NCBI GenBank assembly: GCA_964106645.2
Contig: OZ067041.1
Length of the DNA: 64,000 nucleotides
Origin: Podarcis pityusensis
Taxonomy: Eukaryota
Direction: 5' to 3' (one strand)
Below, piece after piece: positions 52,935 to 64,000 of the stretch. The position numbers were made by a program, and so were the translations under genes. Below the pieces are notes generated by a model. The model ran no database searches. It saw only the letters and a program-made list of their open reading frames with translations, and was not told the DNA's origin. How positions within the stretch are numbered: position 1 is the first letter of the stretch; every line of letters starts with the position of its first letter.

Positions 52935-53226
52935 GGGTGAGCTCCCGTTTCTCTGTCCCAGCTTCTGCCAACCTAGCAGTTTGAAAGCACACCAGTGCAA
53001 GTAGATAAAAAGGTACTGCTGTGGCGGGAAGGTAAACGGCATTTCTGTGCGCTCTGACTTCCGTCACGGTGTTCCGTTGCACCAGTAGCGGATTAGTCAT
53101 GCTGGCCACATGAACCGGAAAGCTGTCTGCGGACAAACGCCAGCTCCCTCGGCCTGAAAGCGAGATGAGCGCCGCAACCCCATAGTCGGCTTTGACTGGA
53201 CTTAACCATCCAGGGGTCCTTTACCT
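52935..53226 (+). mobile_element. Sauria SINE, divergent subfamily, 5'-truncated
   Basis: Shares the core but has extra segments ACTTCCGTCACGGTGTTCCGTTGC and CTGCGGACAAA and a different 3' end. Confidence 0.85.
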
Positions 53227-53864
53227 AGCTTTTACTATAGAAGAAAATATTGCTGACACACACGCAGGGAAACACTATTAGAACAAAGCAATGACTCTTT
53301 CCAAAATGGTTGGAATTATGAGACTACTATTTCCTTCTACAAATCAAATGTGAAGCAATAAGGGTTCTTCTCTAGGGAGCATTCCATTCACCTATATGGA
53401 TTGCCTCACAATTTGATAACCATTGTTTTAGGTATGGGGATTTTGCAGGTATTAGGAGTAGAAAAGCCCGATAAATTTAGTTTCTGTGAATTCTGATCTA
53501 AATTGACCTGATCCTCACTTTGTGGATTAATGCACAGTTCAGAATGGTAAATTGCCCTTGGGATTTTCTTCGCCAAAATTTAGCTCCAGAAACATGCTAA
53601 AATGTCTTGCAAATGCATATTTTAGGATAATATAATGTAAAATAATGTATATCTGTGATACAATACATATTCAAACAAAATGTTCATGTGTATGTGGCTT
53701 TTTTAAAATAACTGATTAATGCAGAAACGAGATGCAATGGACTTATGAATAAACACATGCCAAATTGACGTAGAATGGAAATACAATGATCCTTAATTAG
53801 GAAACACGAGAGAGTCTCCAAGGAATCCTAATCTTCCCTGGAATTTTCATCCTTCCATTCCAGG

Positions 53865-54140
53865 TGTTTTATTCCCTTGTAGAGGTAGTTCCATCTTCAG
53901 GGAAGAGGCTTTTCTCTGATTTGGACTGGAAAACCTCATCTGCCGTTGTTGTAACTTCTAGACTCTACTTGTGCAACGTGCTTGAGGTGAGACCACCTTT
54001 GAAGACTGCTTATGGGCTGCAGCTGGTGCAGAATACATCTGCTCACTTTCTGAAGAAGTGTGGCCACCCATGCATACAGTGTTTCAGAATCTGCACCAGC
54101 TTCAAAGTGTCTTATGCACCAGTTCAAAGTTTCATTCATG
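53865..54140 (+). mobile_element. Old L2 fragment
   Basis: VVTSRLYLCNVL..PPLKT..LQLVQNTSA matches the L2 C-terminal region at ~2920-3020. Confidence 0.7.
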
Positions 54141-54203
54141 ATCTCTATTTTAATCTAAAGCATGGTGTCATTCCTGCAACCCGTAGAGACCTCGTCTCCT
54201 ATA

Positions 54204-54546
54204 CAGTGGTGCCCTGCAAGACGAATGCCTCGCAAGACGAAAAACCCGCTAGACGAAAGGGTTTTCCGTTTTTCGATGCGCTTCGCAGGAGAATTTCCCT
54301 ATGGGCTTGCTTCGCAAGACGAAAATGTCTTGCGAGTCTTGAGATTTTTTTCGCTTCCTCCCCCTTTTTCTAAGCCGCTAAGCTGCTAATAGCCTTTTAG
54401 CCGCTAAGCCTTTAATAGCCGCTAAACCGCTAATAGCGCTAATCTGCTAAGCCGCTAAGACATACAGCGGTGCCTCGCAAGACGAAAAAACCGCTAGACG
54501 AAGAGACTCGCGGAACGGATTAATTTCGTCTTGCGAGGCACCGCTG
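54204..54546. mobile_element. Tigger-like MITE, family C, with internal GCCGCTAA tandem repeats
   Basis: TA|CAGTGGTGCCCTGCAAGACGAA ... TTCGTCTTGCGAGGCACCGCTG|TA. Confidence 0.88.
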
Positions 54547-56030
54547 TATGTCTTTCATAATCCCTGTTCATCAAGTATATTCAGAAGCAGTTAAAATGCT
54601 TCTGTTCAGGTATTTTGTGGCTTTCAAAGAGCTTACTCCCATGTGATAGGTCTGACAGAATGATTTGCTTGTCAGTGTGGAGACTCCAATGCTAATAGAG
54701 AACTTCTCCATTCACTTCTACAGATAGGATTTGTCCATCGCTCATGAATGAAGAAAACAGGTCATCATTCTTTATTTTTATACACCTCTATTGTAACTGT
54801 TTATACTTAGGAGCTGCAACTATGCGCCACCTCTTCTTAAATTGCTTCCTGGTAGAGTTGGCACTTCTTCTTTTTCTGCCCCTGATCTTGTACACATAAC
54901 AGCTACCATACAGGGGGGAAATTATCTAGGTGAATAATTGTTTCAACACATAATGACTGCATCGACTGCCAGCATTAAAAAATGAAAAGCACTTTTCTTT
55001 TTAACATTTCCAATCATAATAAGGTTCTCTAGATTATAAATTCCCATGATGTAATTCTGTTTGCAACACATGCTCAGAGATGGGGCAGAGGGAAGGATGC
55101 ACAACCAAGGGTGCATAGAGAAGAATATGGGCAATGGAGTCACATGTGAGAAAAGCTTGCTTGCCGCTGGGAACGAGGATTGGCCAAAAGCCACATTGAA
55201 AAGGTGGGCTTTGTGGAAGGGAGACAGGTGGTACCATGTACATGTTCAGGGGGACAGTAAGCCATGGGGTTGTGCTCCCGGTCCCCATTGGATATAAATC
55301 CAGTCATCCCCATAGCCAGATTAAAGCAGTTTGCAACTCTGTTCTTAATGTCTTCAAAGTGTTTCCTTGTAAGCACCCTATTTTTCACCAGGCTATTTCC
55401 AGCATGTATCTTGACTTGTGAATTGATCAAAAACATTGAAAAATTGATCGGAGCAGTGTGAAAATTGCCTTATATGATCCGTCGGGGGAACAGTAAAACA
55501 GCTGCTGCTTAACACTCCTGGAGGATAATGATATATTTTTTTCCACACTAGGGGATACTTAATGTTGGTAAAGTGCTCGGTAATGGGCATGATCCAGCCA
55601 ACACAAAGCTCTAAAATGGGGACCGAGGCTGAAGCAGCCTAGGATCTGTTGGATCCTGAACTAGCCCCACAGCTGTCATGTGATGGCATTGGCCTGATCA
55701 TTTCAACAACTCCAGGCTAGTACAGTAGTTTGCCATCCCTGCCGCCCCCAACCTTTTGCTTCACCCGGGATGGCAGGGCTGTGGTAGTAGCCCCACTGCT
55801 CAGTTATGCCCCACTGGGCGGTTCCGGGGTTTGGATTAGACCCTAAAACATCATTACTTAAAAGAAGAAACAGAGCAGTGATACCCAGTAGACAGAACCA
55901 TGGTTCGCACCTGTTCATCAGTAGCTGGGCATTAAAGCTTTCTTCTCGGGGCAAAGACTGTAGAGAGGAATGGTAGTAGTTTGCTGCTGAAGTTGCTGCT
56001 GGAATAAACTACTGATACTTGAAAAGATAC

Positions 56031-56068
56031 GTGTGTGTGTGTGTGTGTGTGTGTGCACGCACGCGCGC
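56031..56068. repeat. (GT)n extending into GCACGCACGCGCGC, an alternating purine-pyrimidine tract
   Basis: Seen directly; Z-DNA-prone composition. Confidence 0.9.
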
Positions 56069-56665
56069 TAATAATGATTTGGGAGACAATATCCTTCTAC
56101 TGTACCTTGCAGCTACTAGTAACTAGGGATCTATTTGGTGTCAAGGAAAGCCAGTAATGTGAATTGGCCCTTAAAAAGTGCAACCTGCCCTATTCACCTC
56201 ACATCATGCCGTGTGGTGACTAATTATGTTGTCAAAAAGCCTGACATTTTCCCAAGACTGCTGCAAAATGGGTTCTTGACATACAAGCTGCAATTCTCAA
56301 TGGGATGACAGACGTGTGCTGGGGCAATCGTGGCCACTGAATCTTACTGTGTGTGAGAGAGAGATAGTTGTGAGGAGAGAATATTTTTTGAAAAACTTTA
56401 CTTAAATGCAAAGGTCACGGTGGGAAATACAGTTCAGTTAAAGTTGCAGGAATAAATGGAGAAGTGAGTGGTTTATTTCTCCCGGCAGTGTTGTTTTATT
56501 AGACTTGAGAACTGTGTAGTCCCCAGTTCCACAATTATGGAGCTTGGTGTTGGACTGAGAATTAAGCAACCTAAGACTCTTCACCACATGTGTTTTTGTA
56601 TGTGTATATTCTAGTATGAGAAGCAAAGGCCTGGGCTGGAAATACTGGCTGGGTAAGTATAGCTT

Positions 56666-57010
56666 GGGACACGGGTGCCACTGTGGGTTAAACCACAGAG
56701 CCTAGGGCTTGCCGATCAGAAGGTTAGCAGTTCGAATCTCCGTGACGGGGTGAGCTCCCGTTGCTCGGTCCCTGCTCCTGCCAACCTAGCAGTTCGAAAG
56801 CACATCAAAGTGCAAGTAGATAAATAGGTACTGCTCCAGCGGGAAGGTAAACGGTGTTTCCGTGCGCTGGTCTGGTTCGCCAGAAGCGGCTTTGTCATGC
56901 TGGCCACATGACCCGGAAGCTGTACACCGGCTCCCTCAGCCAATAAAGCAAGATGAGCGCCGCAACCCCAGAGTCGGCCACGACTGGACCTAATGGTCAG
57001 GGGTCCCTTT
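56666..57010 (+). mobile_element. Sauria SINE without repeated tail (5' part of a chimera)
   Basis: Full head and body ending GGGGTCCCTTT. Confidence 0.92.
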
Positions 57011-57202
57011 TCCTGACAGTAAGAGCTGTTTGACAGTGGAATTTGCTGTCAAGGAGTGTGGTGGAGTCTCCTTCTTTGGAGGTCTTTAAGCAGAGGTTTG
57101 ACAACCATATGTCAGGAGTACTCTGATGGTGTTTCCTGCTTGGCAGGGGGTTGGACTCGATGGCCCTTGTGGTCTCTTCCAACTCTATGATTCTATGATT
57201 CT
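57010..57202 (+). mobile_element. CR1 3' end (3' part of the chimera)
   Basis: TTCCTGACAGTAAGAGCTGTT...TTGGAGGTCTTTAAGCAGAGG...CCAACTCTATGATTCTATGATTCT; homologous to 26060-26203. Confidence 0.9.
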
Positions 57203-60200
57203 TTTTAAGTATGGCTTGAGTGTCCTACATTGGGGTCAGCAGAAGGTAAATCAGAATCTACTGGTAGATAACTCAGTGATTAGAAGTAGATCAAAAAGGA
57301 TTTCTGACTCCCAGGTTGTTGTTTTTTTAAATAATGATAAGAACAAAATGATTCTTCCCCTGTCTCTCATTCAGATATTTCCTGGAAGCAAAAAACCCCA
57401 CAACTGTGATGTATGTACCTTCTTGTATGTTTTGCTTATGTGAAAATTAGGGTATTTCGTTCTTAAGCTTAGAAGTAACAATGTTGTGACTATTTTGTCA
57501 TGTAAAACTGAAAAAAAGAGAAAATAGTGTGTGCAAAGTTTTTCTTTAGCCAATATGATTTTTTAAAACTCCTTATTTGTCACTTCTACTAGAGATTGTT
57601 TCTACTGCAGTTGACTTGAGCCTAGCTTTTATGACATCATTATCTAACTCATTTTCCATTGATTATTTCACAGCATCATGTCCTTGATGGACAGCTGACA
57701 TTTTATAAGAGTTACCTATTCAGCCTTAGGGACTCAGCAGAACTTCAGTGGAACTCAAGCACCACATAGGGTGCAAGTTGGTTTTCTTTCCTTTTTTTGC
57801 AAGACTGAGCAAAGCTGAATGCAAATTATACTGAACTATTTAAACTTTTATGTATATGTTTCGTTTCCAGGCCAATTCTATATATACATTTCCATCAATG
57901 ATTGTCTGCCTGCTCAAAAACTATTGCGTATACATTAACAATTGTATATAAACACACAAAGTAATCAAAATAAACTTAAAATATCTTTCTTTTTTCCCCC
58001 CTGCTAATCCACGTGTTACTTTATTATTTGCATCTTATTTTTCTTTATATATAAAGCTGTGGCCTTTGATTTTGAAGTCCCAGTTGATATTAAAGCTGTT
58101 CTTAGTCTATTGCCCTTTAACAAATGTTTAGTTTGTTTTTTGATGTGTTTCCTGAAGCATGATTACATCTACCTTCTCTTTATATAACCTAAGAAAAAAA
58201 CCTGGTAACAGTGTTACTCAGCCCTTTCACAGTCACAGATACTATTTAGATGCTGTTTATCTTGGGGGGAGGAATTCAAGTACTTTATTAATTCACAGAT
58301 TAAAATTATGAATACTTTCAGATTAGAACATTTTCTGAATTAAAATTGCAAAATAATGGCAATATTTCCACCAAGTGAAGTGAAGTTTGGGGTTTGCTCT
58401 GCTCATTTAAAAAAAAATGATAAACTGCTTTATACAGCAGACGTACTGATCTTGTGGTTTTGCTAAGCATACCAATGGCTTCTCTTTTGGAGCTAGCACT
58501 TGCATGGCGTAGTTGAAATTCTATGCTGTCTCAGAAGCAAAGCAAAAAGCAATGAATACCATTAGAAGCAAGAGACAATACTTAGATTAATTTCCTGGCA
58601 GCTCCTGTGTTCTCCCAGGCCAAGGGCATGTCCCCAGTGCCGTTCCTATCTCTTTCACCTCAGAGAAGCAGTGGCTACAGAACCAGACAAGTGCCCTTTA
58701 AGGAGCACTGCCAATTTCCTCCGGTAGGTGGGGCAAACTGGAGAACAGCCTTCAGGAGGCTATAACTCAGAGACAGGGAAACTGTGGCCCTCCAGATTTT
58801 TGTGACGCAAAAGCCAACATGGCTGACTGCCAGAATTGATAGGAGTTGTCATCCAACAGCACCTACAACAGGTGGGGGGAGCCTCTTTGTCTACACAGGC
58901 AAGATGCTTATAAAAATTCCACTCATAGTCCAAATTCGACAGATGGATGGAGCATCCCACATGTCAGTCACATGCCACTTGGGAACCTGCAATAGCTTCA
59001 AAACCCTTTCACTGTTTCCAAAGGGCTGTAACATAGTGCCTGCACTCCTGTGTGAGCCTCCAGAGCATCAAATAGGAGTGGGGTTGTCTGCCTGAAAGCC
59101 CTTTGCAAAAGCTGTCTTTGAACATTGCTTGAGATATGTTTAAAGGTGGGGAGTCTGCTTCAAACAGCAATTTTGCTAGGCTCCCCGTGCTCTTGCCTGA
59201 GGCTACAGAAGTGCTCTTTGAAGCAGCATGAGTGATGTTAAAAGGAGGGGGACATTGCATCAAAGGACCCTCTGTCAGAAGCACTGGGACTATCGTAAAG
59301 TGCTTGGCAAAAGCTCTCTTTGAAGCATCTCTACACGTTTCCTTTAAGTGGGCAGGGGAGAAGAGAAAGAAGCCTCCATTCTACAGGCTTCTTTGTGCTC
59401 TCCCCTACTTGCTCGCTTAAAGGAGAAGGCCCTGCCCATCAGTCGGTGTCACTAGTTACAGCTGGTGAGCAGGTAGGTGTAATTTGGGTGAAATGTCCTC
59501 ATGGACCAAATTGGACCACCTGGCAGACCAAGACTGGCCTGTGGGTGAGAGGTTCCCTACCTATGACCCAGAAGGGTCACAGGTTCCCCATTCCTGGTTT
59601 AGTCCTTTGCCGAGACAACACATCTCTTTTGCCTGCAATAGGGAGAGAGCTGTATCTAGCAGATATCGCTAGGAACTCTCCATGGTCCTGATAGCTTTCA
59701 TGAAACTGGACATATTTGGCCAACATTCTTTGGAACCTGGCATTCTTTGGAACCTCTCCTTCTAAATGTAACATACTAGGAAAGGCAAGAGTTGAACAAG
59801 CACCTAGTAGTAGGTCACACTCTTCCAAGCACAGTGTGCAGATCCTCCGTCTGCAAGAACTGAAATTCATGATCCCAAACTAGATGATACTCTGGACATA
59901 TCCCTAGTCTGAACTACTGAACTTGTGGGGTTGTGGCTGAGATGGATACAAGCAACATAATCTGAAGAGTGATTAGCAAACATGTCTCAATGGGCTTCTG
60001 TCTTCTTACCAAATACTTCTCTTCCTCTGCAATGTACCCAACTTCACCCTGGTTTTCCCACTGCGCCATCAGAGCCTTCACTGGTTGGTACACTTCCACA
60101 ATGGAATAAATTGACTATGCCAGTGTCCCATTACATTCTACTAGTCTAAGGGCATTTAATACCAATTCTATCTCACCAAGTAGGCATAACTTAATGATAG

Positions 60201-61115
60201 GATTGCACTGCAAAGTATGGCAATTAGCTGTGATTCTATAATGCATGATACTGTGTATCCTTGGTGCTGAGCAACTTGTTCAGTATTGTCCTGTATATTC
60301 ATTGGCCATGGACACATTCTGTTTCCTTGGGAAGTAATTCTAAAAGAGATCACAGAGTTGTATCTCATTTTGTGTTTGCTTTTTCTAAACGTAAAAACCA
60401 GTGTCTAAATTAGACTAGATATGTGGCCTGATTAAAACAAAGACTAGAGGTGAACTCCAAGAGATAGTACGAAATATTTTTCTTACTGAGATCATATATG
60501 CCATTTTTAAGTTCCTCCTTTTTTGGAAACTGTAGCTGTAAATCTGAACGTGATTTATTTTTGAAACAAGAGTCAGTACAGCTTTATTGAAAGGGGGATG
60601 TGTTGCTGATAGTTTTATTATAATCAGCAATAAATTAGGTTAGCTCTGTCACTCTTGTTTTAAATTCTTCAATCACATGTCTATAATCATTCATTCCCCT
60701 CCATTGTCTGCATGTGACCTGTGAGGCAACTTCCTCCGGCGCTTCAACTGGATTTCTTTGCTGTGTGCAAGATTTATGATGGATTTAATGAAGTTAGTTC
60801 TGGCATGACTTCCCCACTGAGGAAATATATGAGCAGACTGATTCACACATTTTCAAAGAACATTATCGGAACTGAAGCTGAATTTGATTTAAAGAAAGGC
60901 TAGATTTGGGGCAGTGGAAGAGAGACAGAGAGAGTACAACTAAGAGCCAGGCATAAGCTAGGAAGTGGATTTCTTGAATTCTTTGCCAAATGTTCGTGCA
61001 TATGGCTCCTGAAAAAAAACCCTAAATAAAAGTAAATGCTATATTTTTACAATCTCTACGTATCTGGTCATACAGCTCTGTGTACATACATTCTGAGAGC
61101 CTTTGATGTACACAG

Positions 61116-61447
61116 AGGGATCGGAAAATCTGTCAATTTTTATTTCACTCAGTTTCTTATTTTTTCAGTCTTCAGTTCTTTGCATCTCCATGCCAGTTTT
61201 CGATTTTTTTAAAAAGTCCTCATGAAAATTCATAAACATGTTACTGCATGTTTCTCTTGATGTTAACAGCTTTTGCAAGTAATCCCCCCCCCAAAAGCAT
61301 TTTTGTATTTTCACGTCTTTTCTGTAGACTTTCACCTAATACACATATGATTGTGCATGTTATTTGGCTGTAGACTTGCACTGTGAAATTCAGGGAAGTA
61401 TAAATTTTGAATGATCACTGATTTCACCAGACCTCTCCCTTATCCCT
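61116..61447. mobile_element. Unclassified interspersed repeat with short AGGGAT/ATCCCT termini
   Basis: A related, reverse-oriented partial copy lies at ~28440-28621. Confidence 0.45.
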
Positions 61448-61726
61448 GTAACGCACATGCATCTAATATCTCATGCTGTATTTATTTTAGCATTAGGATA
61501 CTGAACATTGGAGCATATCAACCAATTGCAGATTTGTTTACCTTGGCCAGGAACTATTTTTGCAGTCGATTGGTTGCAACTAGAATGGGATCTAGTATTA
61601 AGATTAAGACATCTTGGACTGTTTGTTCCATATTGTGGGCACCAGAACCCCATCACTCCTTTCTTGAGGGATGGGATTAGTGCAGACGTGGCTCAGCTAC
61701 GTGGAGAGGAGCTGCTAAATAATAAC

Positions 61727-61728
61727 AT

Positions 61729-61763
<35 letters not shown>

Positions 61764-61766
61764 TTT
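61727..61766. repeat. (ATTT)n microsatellite
   Basis: Seen directly. Confidence 0.95.
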
Positions 61767-62132
61767 CCCGCCCATCTAGCTTTCCAGCAAGTGGCTTGCA
61801 GTTGCTTAACAGAGTGTGAAGGTAGTGGAAAGGTGGCTTGGAGCAGATTTGGAGCAGACATGCCAATGTAGCCAACCCATTACTCCTACTGGTGTGTTTA
61901 CACTCCTTGCCTCCTCCACAGCCTGGTAAGCAACAACAAAACTATAGTAGTGGCTTTGCCCCATCCAGCAAGCCACTTCTGGATTAATAAACACTGTTCT
62001 ACCTTTGTGTAAATGGTTCTTGTTGGTTGTTGTTTTTTTTACCGGATAAACCTAGGGTTCTTTGGAGGTTTCTCAACAAAAAAATCAGTAATGGCAGACA
62101 AGCTAACCTGAACAGCTACCTACTTACTATAA

Positions 62133-62330
62133 CAGTGGTACCTTGGGTTACAGATGCTTCAGGTTACAGACTCCACTAACCCAGAAATAGTACCTCAGAT
62201 TAAGAACTTTGCTTCAGGATGAGAACAGAAATTGTGCAGCAGCAGCAGGAGGCCCCATTAGCTAAAGTGGTACCTCAGGTTAAGAACGGACCTCCAGAAT
62301 GAATTAAGTTCTTAACCCGAGGTACCACTG
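62133..62330. mobile_element. Tigger-like MITE, family A, shortened
   Basis: CAGTGGTACCTTGGGTTA ... TAACCCGAGGTACCACTG|TA. Confidence 0.9.
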
Positions 62331-63024
62331 TATTGATCTTCCCTTTCAACATGCAGTGACAGTGAAGAGTTGATTAGAGGGTGTTCTAGTGGTGTGTTTT
62401 GTTTGTACCCTAAAACATGCCCAGAATAATCTGCAGTACATGGGAGTTTGTGACGGATGCTCAGGGATTCCTAAACAGAATAAGTTTTCCCCTTCTTTTA
62501 TGAATCATCCCCAATGAAACATCCCAAAGCAATTTAAGAAGACAAACATCAACAATAACAACATATCAATGCAATTTCTAGGCGAAGCTTGAAAAGCGCT
62601 ATACATTTATCTCTTTTACTACTCATCAAGATCCTCTGGTTTTAAGTTGCAGGTGTATGAATTTTCAAAGGCTTTGACATCCTGTTGTAATTGATTACCA
62701 ACAACCCTACAAACAGTCTTAGTTCACTATCCTATGCAAAGGCAAGGCAATACACAACAGACTAAAGTTCTTACAAATTTTAACCTAAGACAAAGAACAT
62801 TGTCAGCAACTGATGCCATTTACCTGGATAAGCAAGAACTTCACAATTGTTTCTTTTAAAAATCTTTTCTCAATTGCTCAAATACTTTAAAAAGAAACAA
62901 ACAAAAAAACCACCCCACCAAAACAAGAGTAGTGCATTGAGTGTACTTAACATGGTTTTTCCTTCTTAATCTTTAACAGCAATTCGGTATAGAAGGCCGA
63001 TGTTTTTAACCTCATCTTGGCCAT

Positions 63025-63290
63025 CTATGGAAGCGGCTTCCAACAAAATATTAAAATACAGTAATGCATCATACATTAAAAGCTTCCCTAAACAGGGTTG
63101 CCTTCAGATGTCTTCTAAAAGTCAGTTGTTTATTTCCTTGACATCTGGTGGGAGAGCGTTCCACAGGGCAGGTGCCACTACCGAGGAGGCCCTCCCTGTA
63201 ACTTGGCTTCTCACAGTGAGGGAACCGCCAGAAGGCCCTCGGTGCTGGACCTCAGTGTCTGGGTAGAACGATGGGGGTGGAGACACTCCT
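63025..63290 (-). mobile_element. L2 3' fragment
   Basis: Reverse-complement homologue of ~3160-3440 (ALWNALP..VKEIN, RRHLKATLFRE). Confidence 0.85.
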
Positions 63291-63298
63291 TTTGAAAT

Positions 63299-63487
63299 CA
63301 TAGGAGTAAACTCCTAGGGGCCATGGGGGCTTCGGCCCCTACAGTAAAATATTTGAGGGGGCCAGGCCCTCACAAAGTTGGTGGCATTCCCATTTAAATG
63401 GTGTGTGTGCACAGTTTTGTGTGACTGATTATGTAGGGCAGGACTTACCTGGGTCCCCACAATATTTTATTCAAGTTGGCACCCCTG
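63299..63487. mobile_element. hAT-like non-autonomous element
   Basis: Imperfect TIRs CATAGGAGTAAACT / AGTTGGCACCCCTG; 8-bp TSD TTTGAAAT (63291-63298) / CTTGAAAT (63488-63495). Confidence 0.7.
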
Positions 63488-64000
63488 CTTGAAATATTTA
63501 CTGGGGACAATTGTGTGTGCACAGATAGAACTGCACTAGTTTTGTTAACCTTGCTTAACTTGGAATTTAGCATGGACCAATAATACTGTGTTTGGTTTTC
63601 GCTGGGAGCTTGTAAGTGCCACGGTAACTCTATGAAAACAAATGTGTCTGTACTTTAAGTTAATGTTTTCAAATTTATCTGCTGGAAACAGGCCACGTAA
63701 GAGTATTTGAAAGTAGCTTGCTTACTATTCTTTCTCACTAACGCAACATAAAAGAAACCAAGTTGATCCTTTTACCTATTTTGAATATTGTAGGGACACA
63801 TGCGTGAACACTTTGAATTAGCATGATGCACAACAGGATATGGACTTTCCTTCTAGCACATAGCGCATTATCTGGCCCAAATATGTGCCTGTTAGTGAGA
63901 TCCCCTGGAGTGTGAAGCGCCAGGTTCATTATCTCTTGTTATATAACCCAGGAACATACTCCAGATATCCAGTAATAAATGGCTGTTGCATTAAATTTAT

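Noticed and set aside
54370-54458. Short GCCGCTAA repeats resembling an array
   Set aside because: Internal tandem repeat of a MITE in eukaryotic DNA; no unique spacers and no cas genes.
59577-60099. Protein-like minus-strand ORFs
   Set aside because: No recognisable homology or clear splice structure; cannot be supported without BLASTX.
1-64000. Host protein-coding gene
   Set aside because: No ORF or exon chain with recognisable non-transposon homology; very small exons cannot be excluded by eye.

Overview
This is eukaryotic, not microbial, DNA. The repeat content (Sauria/Squam1 tRNA-derived SINEs with (ACCTTT)n tails, BovB, CR1, L2, L1, Penelope, TA-flanked and 8-bp-TSD MITEs) points to a squamate reptile, probably a lacertid lizard (inference from repeat families). 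I found no recognisable host exon or RNA gene, so the window looks like a large intron or gene desert. It holds one long, recently disabled, 5'-truncated L2 LINE (~0.7-3.5 kb), ten Sauria SINEs, several BovB/RTE, CR1 and L1 3' fragments, many non-autonomous DNA transposons, a solo LTR and microsatellites. AT-rich unique blocks between them may be conserved non-coding elements. The most notable observations are: (1) a Sauria SINE fused to a CR1 3' end and flanked by one shared 13-bp target-site duplication (56654-57218); (2) a MITE with a perfect 31-bp internal inverted copy of its right end plus outside flank, suggesting template switching; (3) a degenerate hammerhead ribozyme in a Penelope fragment; (4) nested insertions that give a relative chronology. 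Family names come from pattern recognition, not database searches.
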